The position numbers were made by a program, and so were the translations under genes. Shown here piece after piece: positions 1 through 13,659 of a stretch of DNA of 50,465 bases (its first letter is position 1; each line of letters begins with the position of its first letter). The notes under the pieces were generated by a model. It saw nothing but the letters and a program-made list of their open reading frames with translations, did no database searches and was not told the origin of the DNA. This DNA comes from Catajapyx aquilonaris (taxonomy: Eukaryota): contig KZ538818.1 of NCBI GenBank assembly GCA_000934665.2, positions 1 to 50,465 of the forward strand, in the 5' to 3' direction.

Positions 1-572
1 ATCTATTACAGTTGCTAAGGGTGGTAACTGCTTTTTTTTTTAAAAAAAAAAGCGAGTAGCCATTGAAGCAGGAGGATGATTATTTTCATGCGAGCTAGTT
101 CAAGTGCGTAAGGCTCTTTTGTGTTGCTAAGCCGTATAGTGAATTGTTGCAGGCCATTCAACACTCCCCCAACCCCTTCTACAATGGATTCTAGGGGGGG
201 TGGAGAGAGGGGGAGGCTTCCCCCTAATAGTCTTCTGGATGGAAACAAAGGGGGTGTGAATGTGTTAGAGGCTTACATTGAGGCAGGGTATGGATGTAAT
301 TATGCTGGTTACGTGAGCTGAATTCTTTCTCGCTACTATCTCTTTTTTTGTGTGTGTAACAGTCAAGTTCACGTGTATTGTTGATGTGTTGGGCTTACAA
401 AAATAGTTGGTAGTTGGGCATAGGAGGAGGGTCAGAATGTGAGATAATTGGCAACTTTGGTCAAAAAACTGCTACTGTTAACAAAACGCTACTTTATAAG
501 GGCTTCCCAGAAAGCACTATTGTACTTATAAAAAACTCCAGTGAGAAGTAGCTGCTATTTCTTAAGGAACTG

Positions 573-772
573 TATTTATTAACTACTATTAGCCAAATAA
601 CTATTTATTAACTGCTATTGGCCAAATAACTATTTATTAACTGCTATTGGCCAAATAAATATTTATTAACTACTATTGGCCAAATAACTATTTATTAACT
701 ACTATTGGCCAAATAACTATTTATTAACTACTATTGGCCAAATGACTATGGATTAACTACTATTGGTCAAAT
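573..772. repeat. 29-bp minisatellite, unit TATTTATTAACTACTATTGGCCAAATAAC, ~7 copies
   Basis: Tandem copies read directly, period 29. Confidence 0.9.
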
Positions 773-897
773 AACTGCTATTTAATCTGCAATGCTCAAA
801 TAACTGCTATTTAAACTGTATTGTTCATATAACTGCTATTTAAACTGTATTGCTCAAATAACTGCTTTTTAAACTGTATTGCTCAAATAACGGCTAT
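768..897. repeat. Second 29-bp minisatellite, unit AAATAACTGCTATTTAAACTGTATTGCTC, ~4 copies
   Basis: Directly follows the first array with the same period but a different unit. Confidence 0.85.
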
Positions 898-1001
898 TGT
901 TAATAGTCACTTCTCAAAGAACTGTTATTAGTAACTGATAATTGCCAGAGATGTTATTAGTAGCTGATACTTGCCAAAGAGATATTTGTTTTTCTTATAT
1001 A

Positions 1002-1318
1002 CAGGGTGTTTCAACTTTTTTGTCCAAACAGCTATCGGAAAATTGCACGTAGCTGTTACTTTGTAAGCAGTGACTTGCAAACGGTGATTTTTTCGGAGGA
1101 ACGGGGAATATTCCCTGCGAATCGTAGGTTGAAGTGGCATACGTGCTGCCCGCTGAAATTTGAGGGTCAGGTCTGGAAAAAAGAGGGTCACCCATGCCAT
1201 GGGATGTGTGACCCTCTTTTTCCCCATTCCCAATTTCTCCGACAAATCACTGCTTACAAAGTAGCAGCTACGTGCAATTTTCCGATAACTGTTCGGACAG
1301 AAAAGTTGAAACACCCTG
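1002..1318. mobile_element. Tc1/mariner-type MITE, family A, copy 1
   Basis: TA|CAGGGTGTTTCAACTTTT...AAAAGTTGAAACACCCTG|TA; ~75-bp TIRs (ORFs on both strands begin MFQLFCPNSYRK); internal hairpin AAAAAGAGGGTCAC...GTGACCCTCTTTTT; related copy at 24231. Confidence 0.92.
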
Positions 1319-2499
1319 TATATTATATCTTATTTTAGATATTATTAACTGTTACTTATCAAGCAACTGCTATTTTTAACAAAACCTATTTTATAAGTGA
1401 ATTCTAGAAAGTTCTTCAGGTATTATAGCACTAGTTAAAGCAATTGTTATTTCCTATGTAACTGCTACTTTGAAAGAACTGTTATTAACTGCTACTTGTC
1501 AAGAACCTGTCGTTGTTAAGGGCTATTTGGCTCATAAATGGTATTTAGCAGTACCTGTCAAAGAGCTGCTGTTGGTAACTGTTGCTGTCCAAAGACTGCT
1601 AGTAATTGTTACTTGTCAATAACAGCTATTATTAACTGGGACTTGTCAGAAACCTGCTATTAATTGCTACACGTCTGTAACCTGCTACTAATAACGGACA
1701 AATGACACCAGGTGAGTGTTACCTGATCTCTCAGCCAGATTTCCAAAATCTGAGTGCATCAATTACATCGTAAACAAAAATGTTGCCGAGAAAAACCGAG
1801 AAGCGAAGGTTTAATGAAGTTGGCGGGTGTCATGTGCACCGCTTTGTACCATTAACCTACTTAACCCTTGCGCCCCTACTTGATTTTATTATTGACTCCT
1901 CCCCCTTCCTTCCCCTTGTTCTCCCCCTTCGACACGACGACCTCTGGAGTTACCCAAATGAACTGCCAAGTGTGGCAGTGATTGTTGCAAGGGGGGGAAA
2001 CATGCACTTGTAAAGGTCTTACTCCCATCAAAAAAGCAATATTGAACCTTCGCTTTACATGCTGCTGAAACTGCTACCTGAGAAGAAGCTGTTGCTTTGT
2101 AACTGTTATTTGCAAAGAACCTGTTATTATTTTACGGACTGTTATTTGTCAAAACTGCTACTTGCTGTTATTTGTCAACAATCTTGTTAGTTTTGTTTGT
2201 TACGAGTATTTAGTTAGTACAGTTATTTACTGTTATTTGCCAAGTAGCTTACATTTGCTAACTGCTATTTGCCAAGAAACTGTTATTTACGAACCAACTG
2301 TTACTCGTCAAGAAATTGCAACTTTGTTATGTGCCAACAATTGTTATTTACAAACTGTTATCTGTCGAAAAGTGTTATGAACGAACCTTCTGTTATTATT
2401 TGTCAAGTAGCTTGTACTTGCTGGCTGTTATTTTAAAAGAAACTGTTAATTGAAAATGACTTGCTACTTGTCAAGTAATTGCTACTTTCTGTAAAAAAG

Positions 2500-2650
2500 T
2501 GCTATTTACGAACTGTTATCTGTCAAGAAAGTGCTACTTACGAACTGCTATCTGACAAGAAGGTGCTACTTACGAACTGTTATCTGACAAGAAGGTGCTA
2601 CTTACGAACTGTTATCTGACAAGACGGTGCTATTTGCGAACTGTTATTTG
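2500..2650. repeat. 32-bp minisatellite, unit GAACTGTTATCTGACAAGAAGGTGCTACTTAC, ~4.5 copies
   Basis: Core AACTG(T/C)TAT starts at 2511, 2543, 2575, 2607, 2639; lies in a wider degenerate AACTGCTA/AACTGTTA-rich tract. Confidence 0.88.
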
Positions 2651-2776
2651 CCAAGTATCTTGCACTTGCTGGTTGGTTTTTGTCAAGAAACTGCTACTTT
2701 CCGTTATTTGCCAAGAAAAATAGCGATTTTATGAACTGTTATCAGCCAAAAAGTGTAATTTGCGATCTGTTATCAC

Positions 2777-3409
2777 TAGAGAACGGATTTCTAGGTTTTT
2801 ACTTACTTTTTCTTTTGTAGGCAGAACACCGGAACCAAAATATCTATCCGTTTCATAACACAAGGACCTCAAAAATCGTAGTTTTATAGAACCTAAAAAT
2901 GCCTATTTCGGGTGTTGGGACCTAAATGGCCTATTAGCACCTATTAGTGCCTATTTCGAGCTTTTTCACGCCATTCCGTAAGATTTTCGAGAGTTCTGCA
3001 GGTTTTCCATTCAAGGAATCCCTCCCACTTCAACCTGTGACGAGAGAAGAAGCGGATGATGGGTAAGATTCCGGGAAATATGCCGTTAACCGTTATTGCG
3101 ACTCGAAATAACTGTTATTAATAGCCGTTAAATTAGCTGCTACATTCGGCCCGACGGATTTTCTATAGCTCATGTTGGCTCCCCGTGAGGGAGGTTCTTA
3201 AATGTCGCCGAAAATCTGCGATTAACCACCGAAAATATGGAATAACTGCTAGTTTGTTACTATGCTGCAAAATTCCATTGCGTAAAAATTAAAATAAATT
3301 AGAACCAGCCTGACTTATAGTGCCTATTTAAGAGCCTATTTTGACTGTTTTCAGGGCCTAAATGCCTACCTATTTGAGGGTTTTTTAGAACCTAGAAATC
3401 CGTTTTCTA
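2777..3409. mobile_element. Non-autonomous hAT-like DNA transposon, 633 bp
   Basis: 21-bp TIR TAGAGAACGGATTTCTAGGTT with one mismatch; exact 8-bp TSD GTTATCAC at 2769-2776 and 3410-3417; subterminal GCCTAT/GCCTA repeats near both ends. An 8-bp TSD with TAG termini is typical of hAT. Confidence 0.85.
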
Positions 3410-4614
3410 GTTATCACTTATCAGCTAAAAAGAGTTATTTAATACTATCTGTTATCAGCTATAAAGAGTTATTTACCAACTGTTATCTGTCAAGAAAATG
3501 CTATCTATGAATATTGTTATGTATCAAGTACATTTAATTTCCTTATTGTTACTAATCAAGTAATTTTTTATTTACAAACTAGCTGTTATTGGTCAAGAAA
3601 CTGCTACTTTCTGTTACTTCACTGTTACAATCCATGTAAGAAGACGCTTTAAAAGCAGCTGGTGTGAATCCCCACACGCGTGATTGATCCTCATCGATTC
3701 TTTTTTTTTTCTCTCTCCCCTCAATTAACTCTAATTTTAAATCAACTACCGGGTGTCCACACCATTCCTTTTCAAAAAAAAATTTTTTTCCGATTTCCCT
3801 TGTGAATCCCCCCCATGATTCGCCGGATGTCACAGTTTCCATCCAGCATTTTTAAGCTTAAATCGAACCCGCTTTTTTTTTCACTCTCTCGCTTCCGCTC
3901 TTTCTCTTCACTCGCTGCCAGCCCAGGCGAGTAGTTAGCAGGAATGAAACATTTATTTCGGCGCGCTAAATCCATTTGAATAATTGGGGGGACTAGAGGG
4001 GGTTGTGGGGAGGTTACATCCTCCCCCCTCTCCTCCTCCTCTCCCCTTTCTGCAAACTAGAGATTGGTTCTACCCCCACCTGGTCACTCTGATTGAAGCC
4101 CCCACCCAAAAGCGTTTTAGAGTGCTGCTTTTTTTTTTATTCGGAGAGGTGACTCTTTTCAGAGCTGTCTGATCATACACGGCGGCCATTTGAAGCACAT
4201 CATGTTTCGCACTTGTCTATTGGAGGCTATAGGTGTGTGTACTAATGGTCGGGGTCAAAATGGGTGTCCTAAACTTTTTTTTGGGGGGGATGCTGACTTT
4301 TTGGTGGGGTACAATGCAGGGTTTTGTAAGAGACAGGCTTCCAAATAATTTACACTAACATCAATAATAAAATACAATGAAATAATTTTTGTAAATATTA
4401 ATTTTCACATGAATATAAATATTGCTATTGAGCGGTTACATTTAGCAGTTTTTGAAACGGCGCTTCTATTGACTGCTATCCTCTAGTAGCAGTTATTAGT
4501 TACAGATATTAAAATATTACTATATAGCTAATAATTGAAGGTAATGTTTTATCAGATAGGAAGGTTTCAAAGTAACTGCTTAAAAGCTAGCAGTTTAAAA
4601 CAAATATCAGTATA

Positions 4615-4821
4615 CAGGGTGATCCAAGTTCAAGTGTCGTTTTATAATGGCGATTAATAGAAGCGCTTAACGATGACGTAGCAGCGACGTGTAAAATTGC
4701 CCACTTCGATTGCGCCGAAGATGCGCCGAAGTGGGACATTTTACGCGTCGCTGCTACGTCATCGCAAAATCACTGCTATTAATCGCCGTTATAAAACGAC
4801 ACTTGAACTTGGACCACCCTG
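4615..4821. mobile_element. Tc1/mariner-type foldback MITE, family B, copy 1
   Basis: TA|CAGGGTGATCCAAGTTCAAGTGTCG...CGACACTTGAACTTGGACCACCCTG|TA; almost wholly palindromic; central GCGCCGAAG duplicated; second copy at 7213. Confidence 0.93.
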
Positions 4822-5424
4822 TATGATTGACGTAACATTGTTATAATATTAAAGTGTGTAAGTTCATATATTAATATTATACTACACTAATGAAAGAGTT
4901 AACCGAAATTTGTTTAAATGAAGCTAACGACAATTAATATGCGGCCATTAAAGATAATCTCCATTTAAGCATCATTGCTGAAATTGACTGCAAAAAAAAA
5001 TTCTGCTCTAAATTTGCGACCTATTTCCGGCACAATCAGACATTTGCACAAATTATAAATCAACTATGATTACGCAATACATTCATTTAACTATTGATAT
5101 ATTGAATTCAACAATTATGCATGTGCACATTAGAGAAGCGCGGTTGATTGAAATGTATTAACATAAATAATTAATAACCAATATATAATAATGATAATAT
5201 CGCGCAATAAATAAATCTCTATCAAGCTGGTACTGATACGTTCCCTTTTTTGTAACACAGGCTATATTATTTAACCATCCGTTTTGGTTATTAATTTTTA
5301 AACCATTACACATCGCAGCATAAAAATATTAGCTTCTAATAATATACGAGTAGAATCACATTAAAACTATGAATCACAAATGACAGATTCTGAACAAATT
5401 ACGCCTCAGCTGTTATATTATTAA

Positions 5425-6088
5425 GTTATTAGCTATATATTATGTTATTAGTAAGCTATTTATTAGCTATATATTGTGTTATTAGTAAGCTATTTATTAG
5501 CTATTTATTGTGTTATTAGTAGGCTATTTATTAGCTATATATTATGTTATTAGTCAGCTATTTATTAGCTATATATTGTGTTATTAGTAAGCTATTTATT
5601 AGGTATATATTATGTTATTAGTAAGCGATTTATTAGGTATATATTATGTTATCAGTAAGCTATTTATTAGCTATATATTATGTTATTAGTAAGCTATTTA
5701 TTAGCTATATATTGTGCTATTAGTAGGCTATTTATTAGCTATATATTATGTTATTAGTCAGCTATTTATTAGCTATATATTATGTTATTAGTAAGCTATT
5801 TATTAGCTATATATTGTGTTATTAGTAAGCTATTTATTAGCTATTTATTGTGTTATTTGTAGACTATTTATTAGCTATATATTATGTTATTAGTCAGCTA
5901 TTTATTAGCTATATATTATGTTATTAGTCAGCTATTTATTAGCTATATATTATGTTATTAGTCAGCTATTTATTAGCTATATATTAGGTTATTAGTCAGC
6001 TATTTATTAGCTATATATTATGTTATTAGTAAGCTATTTATTAGCTATATGTTATGTTATTAGTAAGCTATTTATTAGCTATTTATTA
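5425..6088. repeat. 34-bp AT-rich minisatellite, unit AGCTATTTATTAGCTATATATTATGTTATTAGTA, ~19 copies
   Basis: Period 34 (5454, 5488...); unit built from 11-12-bp subrepeats. Confidence 0.93.
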
Positions 6089-6750
6089 ACGACTTATTTA
6101 GTAGTTATTAACTGGCTATTTATTAGATATTTATTAGCTATTTATTAACCCAAATGAGTTAGATCCAACAATTGAATACAAATCAAAGCAACATTCCATT
6201 ATTCCCCCTCGCACTTAGCTCAATTTGCATCCGAGTAGCTAGTCGTCCATCGCAACTGCTAATCATTTCCAGGGACCTGAACAAATAACGGCAGTTCAGC
6301 CGGCGGTTCAGGTCCTCCATGTTTGTGGGGGCATGACGAACTCAAAATCACACACCCATGTTTTCCAACCCCTCTCTGCTACGCTATTTATTAATGGCCG
6401 TGTGTATGTGATGAAAGGCTGGGATTTAGTACACAAAGTAGCCACTTTATTGCCCAACTGCATATTCGCACATTTGACCATTTTATCGATTCAAACAACA
6501 GCTCTCCTGGCTGGCTGGATGGGCCTTGGACAAGGGGGGAGGGGTACAGATTTCAGCAGGTTTGCTTTTTGCTTTTTCGCTTTGTAGACGCGTGACCGTC
6601 AATGCCTGCTTGCAACAATTGGGGGGGCATGGATTATTAAGCCGAGCCAAAGTCCAGAGCATGCTGATTAAACGTTAACGAGCTCATTTGGCTGATCCGG
6701 TTCCGTTTTCAGAACGACTTTTGCACTGTTTGTAGGAAGGATCTGTCTAC

Positions 6751-6762
6751 TGCGCATGCGCA
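6751..6762. promoter_or_regulatory. TGCGCATGCGCA palindrome (NRF1/Erect-wing-type motif)
   Basis: Exact 12-bp consensus match at an island edge; motif only, and could derive from a decayed transposon. Confidence 0.3.
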
Positions 6763-7212
6763 GCCGACGTTGCCACGTTTGACTCTTCCAAATAGCTATG
6801 AGCGTAGCTGCTGTTCTTGAATAAGCGTGATTGCTGCTGCTTTAGCAGTTCATCTGAATAGCTCTTTTACTAGCGACCATTGAATTATTTTATCTAGTAG
6901 CAGTTATTAGTAACAGCTACATTGCTATATACCTTCCACGCTACGGTACTTTTAAACAGCTATCGAGGCACTAAGATGCTTGTTATTGAGCTTTTGCTAG
7001 CTGTATAAAACAACGATTTTAATGGTAACCATGTTTTCTAGTACAAGTTATTCGTAACAGAAATTTTACCAGAGTTTCATGATATTTTTAAACAGCTATT
7101 GAACCACTAAGTTGCTTGTTAGGTTACATTTAGAAGTATTTTAATAGCTATTTACTGCCAACCAGTGACTGGTAAATGCTCTAGTAGTCAGCTATCGATA
7201 GTATCTATCATA

Positions 7213-7409
7213 CAGGGTGGTCCAACATCAAGTGTCGTTTTATAACGGCTATTAATAGAAGCGCTTTACGATTGACGTAGCAGCGACGTGTAAAATTGCC
7301 CACTTCGATGGCGCCGAAGTGGGACATTTTACGCGTCGCAGCTACGTCATCGCAAAATCACTGCTATTAATCACCGTTATAAAACGACACTTGATGTTTG
7401 ACCACCCTG
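7213..7409. mobile_element. Tc1/mariner-type foldback MITE, family B, copy 2
   Basis: TA|CAGGGTGGTCCAACATCAAGTGTCG...CGACACTTGATGTTTGACCACCCTG|TA; collinear with 4615-4821. Confidence 0.93.
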
Positions 7410-7630
7410 TATATTACAAGAGAGCTTCCATGTTATTTTAATCAAATATTGAACCCCTACTAAGATCTTATTATTAATCGTTTATTTTTAGTAGTTCTAC
7501 AGGTAGCCATTGACTGCTATTCTCTAGTAGCAGTTACTAGTAACGGCTATTTTACAAGATCGCTTCCATGTTCATTTTTAAAGTTATCGAACAATTTATC
7601 TTGTTATTTAGCGGTTATTTTAGCAGTTCT

Positions 7631-7894
7631 AATGGATACCCCGTGCTAGGCCTCCTTGGGCCTCTTATAGGGGATCATCTTTTTATTTAACCGACTTTAA
7701 TTATTGCCAGCGCTGTGATAGATTTTGATAGCGGGAGGAAACGGGAGAACCCCGAGAAAACCCACGCGAACACGGAGAGAACCCATCGAAACTCTATCCA
7801 CATAAGAATCCTCCGTCCGACCCGGGGATCGAACTCGGGACCTTAGAGGTGGAAGGCTGCGGCGCTAACCACTCCGCCACCGTGTCGCCCCTGC
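7631..7894 (-). mobile_element. tRNA-derived SINE with a V-domain (V-SINE-like), apparently full length
   Basis: Minus strand: A box TGGCGGAGTGG, B box GAGTTCGATCC, then GTGTTCGCGTGGGTTTTCTCGGGGTTCTCCCGTTTCCTCCC, resembling the V-SINE central domain as I recall it; 15-bp flanking repeat TATTTTAGCAGTTCT at 7616-7630 and 7895-7909. Confidence 0.85.
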
Positions 7895-8779
7895 TATTTT
7901 AGCAGTTCTTTAAATAGCGCTTTTACATGTAGCCATTGACTGCTATTCTCGAGCAGAGTTACAAGAAACAGTTATTTTACAAGCTACCTCCCATGATGAT
8001 TTTTAAACAGTTATCCTTGTTATTAAGCTGTTACCTTTCAGCAGTTGTACCACTATGACTGCTATTGTCCAGTAGCAGTTATCGGTAACTTCTTTCACAA
8101 AATCCCTTCCATTCCATTTTTAAACAGCTATCGAGCCACATATAGCGTAGCATAGCGAGGATTTCCAGTGTTGCCTCTTTCGAAAATGTTCCCCCCAAAA
8201 AATGAAAAAGAGGAGCTTGCAAGTTCATTAAATGCGGTGCTAATTCCCTTTTCCGCCAGTAATTACTGGTGGGGTAAGGGCGGAACAAAAGGCGGTAACT
8301 AGAATCGTGTTTGTTCCTTGGGAAGTGCGGATAATTCCAGGGGAATTCCTCAATAGACAAGCCGGGGCCTCGTCCTGGAATCGTAAATCCTATCGCATTA
8401 TCCGGCCGATGAATATTGATGGTAATTAACTCTAATTGGAATCGATGAGCGGCAAGAAAGGCAGTCTTGTCGGGTAGGGTAGGGAGGAGAGGGAGTGGGG
8501 ATAGGGGGGAAGGAGAGAGGAGGAGGTGGAAGAGAGGGGGAAAAAAGGGGCCTTCTAATGCAGTCTGCACTGCGCAAAGGGGGTAATAACAACTTACTAT
8601 TCTATTAGGCTCTAGAAAGTCTAACGATGGCTCCGATAGGCTTCGGAACGAGGTCACATGACCTAAGTTGGATAATGATCATTAAATCAGAAATAATTGT
8701 TACAGGTATTGATATGTGTTATCAATGTTTATGGCTTCCTTAGGATATAATGGGTACTATCATCATAAGATGTACAATA

Positions 8780-9109
8780 CAGTGCTGGACATAATAGCCG
8801 TCGCTGAATGTTTTTTTTCGGCGGCGACGGCGGCGGCGTTACCTGGCAACCCCGTCCGGCGGGCCAATTCAAACACCAGCACATGGAGAGCGCTTCCATT
8901 GTTGCCACTGTTTACAAATCGAGTGGGTGAGTGCGCAGGCAGAAGAGACCCGTCGCTGGGTCGTCCGCGTCACTCGTTCGATTTGTAAACAGTGGCAACA
9001 ATGGAAGCGCTCTCCATGTGCTGGTGTTTGAATTGGCCGCCAGGTAACGCAGCGCCGTCGCCGACGGAAAAAAAAAACCATTCAGCGACGGCTAATTTGT
9101 CCAGCACTG
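8780..9109. mobile_element. Tc1-like foldback MITE, family D
   Basis: TA|CAGTGCTGGACA...TGTCCAGCACTG|TA; arms of roughly 130-145 bp including a long exact stretch GGCCAATTCAAACACCAGC...TTTACAAATCGA; the terminus resembles Tc1 CAGTGCTGG. Confidence 0.92.
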
Positions 9110-10013
9110 TACAAAGGCCAATTGAATTCATGTTATAGTTTCGACTATAAAACAAAACCCTATTATTCCAACAATGCAGCGAAGATGGACTCCAACAGGA
9201 TATGACATTTGAGAGCATCTCATCACATTACGATTGTTAAGTGCGTGCCAACTTTCCCCCACTCTTTTTCCTTTGTGCGTGGAACTCAAGTGCGTATAAA
9301 AGAAGAGTCTGACACTCGCAATAGATGGCGCCATTACAAGAAGGGGCGAGTGGGGGGTGAAATGATAGCAGGAGGGGTGCCAGAACCTGGGGTAATTATG
9401 TCGCATGAGGAAGAAGAAGACGCCATTTCCTCCACTCAGGCATGTTTTAGTAGAAGAACCCTTTTTATTTGATGAGATACACTTCGCAAAAAGGATTCTT
9501 TCAAAGACTTGTCGGACTTTGCATGGGAGGGGAATGAGGGGAGAGGAGGTTAATTAATAAACTTGGATGTGCCACGTGGATGCTCAGCCTTGATTAGGAG
9601 ATTAATGTGGGAGCATGGCTTTTGTTCCTCTTTTCGGGTGTGGTGTTGTGTACTAGCTGGTATGTACAGTGAACAATAGGGTGGGGGTAAAAATGAGCAA
9701 TTAATGACATGTTCGCCTGATGCAACTAACAATGATAATTAACATTAGCAGATCCAACAGGTCAGGTCCATTTTGAAACGAGACGACTTCCCATGCATAG
9801 ATGGCACGAAATCCCGTGCAGTGGACCAACTGCACGATGAAAACTCATGTGAGGTGGCTATCACACCTGGTTAGTCGACGCATGCGTGGAATTTATGGCC
9901 ATACCCGTTTCAGGACTTTCAGATGCTGATTAGGCCAAGATTAATATTTATGGTCATAGTAACGTGCCACTATTAGGGTCTTGTGCTGGCTAGTAGTAGG
10001 CTACCTAGCTAAC

Positions 10014-10152
10014 TCCTATCCGGACAAGCAGAGGCAGACTGTGGAAGGTGACTGTGGTGACTGTGGCGACTGTGGCAGGTGACTGTGGTGACTGTGGCAG
10101 GTGACTCTGGCGACTGTGGCAGTTGTCCTATCCGGACAAACAGAGGCAGACT
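10014..10152. repeat. GTGACTGTG-type short repeat bracketed by a 27-bp direct repeat
   Basis: TCCTATCCGGACAA(G/A)CAGAGGCAGACT at 10014-10040 and 10126-10152 with ~8 GACTGTGG units between. Confidence 0.85.
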
Positions 10153-11378
10153 AGTGAAGAGGAAACTAAACTTTGACAAACTACATTTCATACCCATACA
10201 AGCTCACAAATAGCACAAACTTTGCCTTTTATATATGTAGGCTAATTGAAAAACTATAGACTAGTCACTTGAATACCCTCATAGCTCAATCTTCAAACGT
10301 GACCGTCAAGTGGCCCCAATCATCATACCGGAAACTACCGCTTGTCTCTGATTGGCTCAGTCACGCTCCTCTGCACCCCCCTAGATACCATCGACACCAG
10401 CACCATCTGTCTAGTCCTATTGACATAATCCACCAAAAAGAACCGGAGGCTTAAGCAATAATAAAGGGTCCAACCAATTTTTTTTCCTACACATTGTAGG
10501 GGATAGTCTCAAGGGACAATAAGTTTACCTTTCTGCGTAGTGTGTGAGTCACGCAAGATGGCGCCATAGGTTCTCCCCCTCACCATAGAGCTCCCATAGG
10601 GAGGGTTTAACATGGTGGATGGAGAAGGGGAGGAAAAAGAAGGTCCCAACAGCCCGTGAAAATGCAGCTTGAGCGGAGTGTCAATAGAATAGCTGCTGAT
10701 GAATACCGCCTTTGGGAATGGCAAATAAAATTTCCATGGCAGAAGAGTAGGGAGAGGAGGGGGGGGGGGGGAAGAGAAGCCATGNGGGGGAGAGAAGCCA
10801 TGTTTGGTGGAACAGAATTATTTCCAAGCTAGTTGGCCACCTTGCCTTCAAGAAGAAGAAGAAGAGGTAACGAGATTTTCTTGCTTGGCAGATGCCTAGT
10901 CCCCTCTGGGTGACCTCTACCAATTTTCTTATGGACGCTTGAGGGGACAGGAGGAAAAGTGCGGACAGGGAGTGGACAGGTGGGTGGACAGGTTTGGATG
11001 GGGGAAAGGTGGGGGGTGATGGGGAAGGAGAGAAAAAAATTATGATGGATAGGTGGAGATTAGTTGGACGTCACGTACTCAGGGGACAGGCTAGGGTGTG
11101 AAAAAGGTCAAGGTCACATGTCATCATACGTGCATGTCTCACCTAAGTTCCAGCACACTTTGGAATTTATTTAAGTCATAATCTGATGTCTACTTAAAAT
11201 TTAGTGTAATATTATTTAAATATGAATTCTTAATTGTTATTTTAAAAAATTTTAATAACAATGTTTCATAATAAAACTAACAAAATAATGTGCCAATAAA
11301 GTTTTAGTGCTAAAATAATATTTGTATAATTATAGAAATAATAATTTTAATGCCTAAAGAATATTTTAAATGTCTAAG

Positions 11379-11578
11379 GAATATTTTTATTATAAAAGAA
11401 TATTTTTATTATAAAAGAATATTTTTATTATAAAAGAATATTTTTATCATAAAAGAATATTTTTATCATAAAAGAATATTTTTATCATAAAAAAATATTT
11501 TCATTATAAAAGAATATTTTCATTATAAAAGAATATTTTTATTATAAAAGAATATTTTTATTATAAAAAGAATATTTT
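11379..11578. repeat. 19-bp minisatellite, unit GAATATTTTTATTATAAAA, ~10 copies
   Basis: Tandem copies read directly. Confidence 0.92.
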
Positions 11579-12616
11579 AATGGCAAAAATCATAATTTTG
11601 ACGATATAATAAATTGAATTATAATAGTTTTCACAGTAATTTCGTCAATAAAATCATTTCCATTATAAAATATTTCAAGAATAAAATCATTTTTATGATA
11701 ATTTTTAATTAATCATTCATTTATTTCAAATTTATTGGAATGTTATTGAAACGTTAATTCAATGCACCGTATTTCAAGATTCAATGTAATTTTAATTCAC
11801 TGTTAATCCACATTGTAACTTCCATATTACCAGACACCAGTTAGCAACAACTGCGCAGTTCAACGTATGTTAATATCAATATTTAATGACGAAATCTAGT
11901 CCAAGCAGTGAGAGTTCCAATGAAATTTAACCAAAAATTTCTGTCGCATTTTTTTGTCCCAAAACCGCAAAAATGTGACCATCCACGCGATATAAACGAT
12001 AAAATTCACTGGCTGTAAGTTGAAACTACATACACTCCGCGTATGAACGTCGCGCGATGCTCTCGAGCGCTGCTAAAAATAATGGTGCCTACAGTATATA
12101 CACTCAAATGGCACATATCATGCGAGCATTTGCCCCATATGAGGGGAGGTGGGAGGAGAATATTAAATTACAGGAGTCCAGTGTTGGCAGACTAGAATTC
12201 TGTATAAGAGCATTTTTTTTTTTTTAAATTGTGAATTATAAAAAAAGTGGATGGAATTCATGATTGCGGTCTCATAAATTGTGCACAAATAGACTCAGAC
12301 GGAAGGTATATTATAGTCATGAATTCGAGTGGACCCAAGCCTGGACAAACAAACGATGAAACTTTTCATTTTATAATAATAGAAAGAATAATTTAACAAT
12401 GTACTAATATAATGACAATTAATATTAATGTACCGCCAATAACAACATTCAAAGTAAACAATAATAATAGCAAAATAAAAATAAAATTCAAAACTAAAAA
12501 TTAAATTGAAATTACAGTAAATTCAAATGAAAATGTATTTAAATAACGTTTGAAATAAAGAAATAAATTTTAATGAATAAAATTGATAAATAGAAATTAA
12601 AAACCAAATAATAACG

Positions 12617-12741
12617 AATTTTGATAAAATAAATATGAACGCAATTTGATAAAATAAATGTGTACACAATAAATTTTGATAAAATAAATATGAACGCAAT
12701 TTGATAAAATAAATGTGTACACAATAAATTTTGATAAAATA
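12617..12741. repeat. 55-bp tandem duplication, ~2.3 copies
   Basis: AATTTTGATAAAATAAATATGAACGC starts at 12617 and 12672. Confidence 0.85.
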
Positions 12742-13659
12742 TAAAAACCTTAAAACATAAAAATAAAACGTACAATAATATATTAGTAACATTAAAAGCA
12801 TAAAATGTGACTAGTCCCCAAGTTCAGTAATCAATCAGAGCTCTACAGTCTCCTAAAAATCCTCGTCTTTGCCTGGTACGTTCCCTGGCATAACTAAGAA
12901 ATCAATAAAACTTTCAAGCTTAAGCCATTTCCAAGCCCTCCTAAGAAATCATATAATATAACAAGCCAAAAAATGAATTTTTGTTAACTTCCAAGCATAT
13001 TCCCCCCGTAGTGTTTGCCATACCCCCTTCTTTCTGATTGGACGAGGTGGGAACATATTGTTGCTGACATAATCCATCGAATCCAGGGAGAGGGGGAGAG
13101 TCATAATTCTTAGTTCAACAGAATTGCCAGCTTCTAAGCAGACCTGATGAGATCTTATTTCGCCTTAGGGAGAAGCAAGCAAAGGGGGAGGAAAGAGGGG
13201 GGTCGATTTATTGACAACCCTGCAGGAAAAACCCAGGGTTCGTAGTACAGTACAAGTCGATTGTCGTCAAATGAATGAAGCTGTTGAACAATGGACTTTA
13301 ATGGAGGTTGTCAGCAAGGCGGGAGTGGACACGTCTTACTTACTTTTGTAGAGTACTATAGGGTTATGCAAAATCGAAAGAATTTTGCGCATGAACCTGT
13401 CACGTTTCGCACAGGTGCACACTTTGCAATAATTATTATCCGGTGCAAAGAGTGTATGCGTGGGGCTTAAAACTAGTTTTTTTTGGCAAGATATGGGACC
13501 TTAATTTATTCACGAGTGAGCTGTGTATAGTGCCATGTAAGTGGTTAAAAATTTAAGGACTCTTTGAGTACAAAGTGGGCCAACTTGTTTATCCCACTGC
13601 TGTGTATGAAAAATTCAAATTTGAAAAAAAAATTATAGCCTACTGAAAAATAATATTTC

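Noticed and set aside
928..1338. Opposite-strand ORF pairs with matching segments (also 8716-9081, 38957-39483, 49403-49722)
   Set aside because: Artefacts of MITE inverted repeats; no transposase or other recognisable domain.
8079..8657. Longest ORF (192 aa, minus strand)
   Set aside because: Runs through G-rich low-complexity and spacer DNA; no recognisable family.
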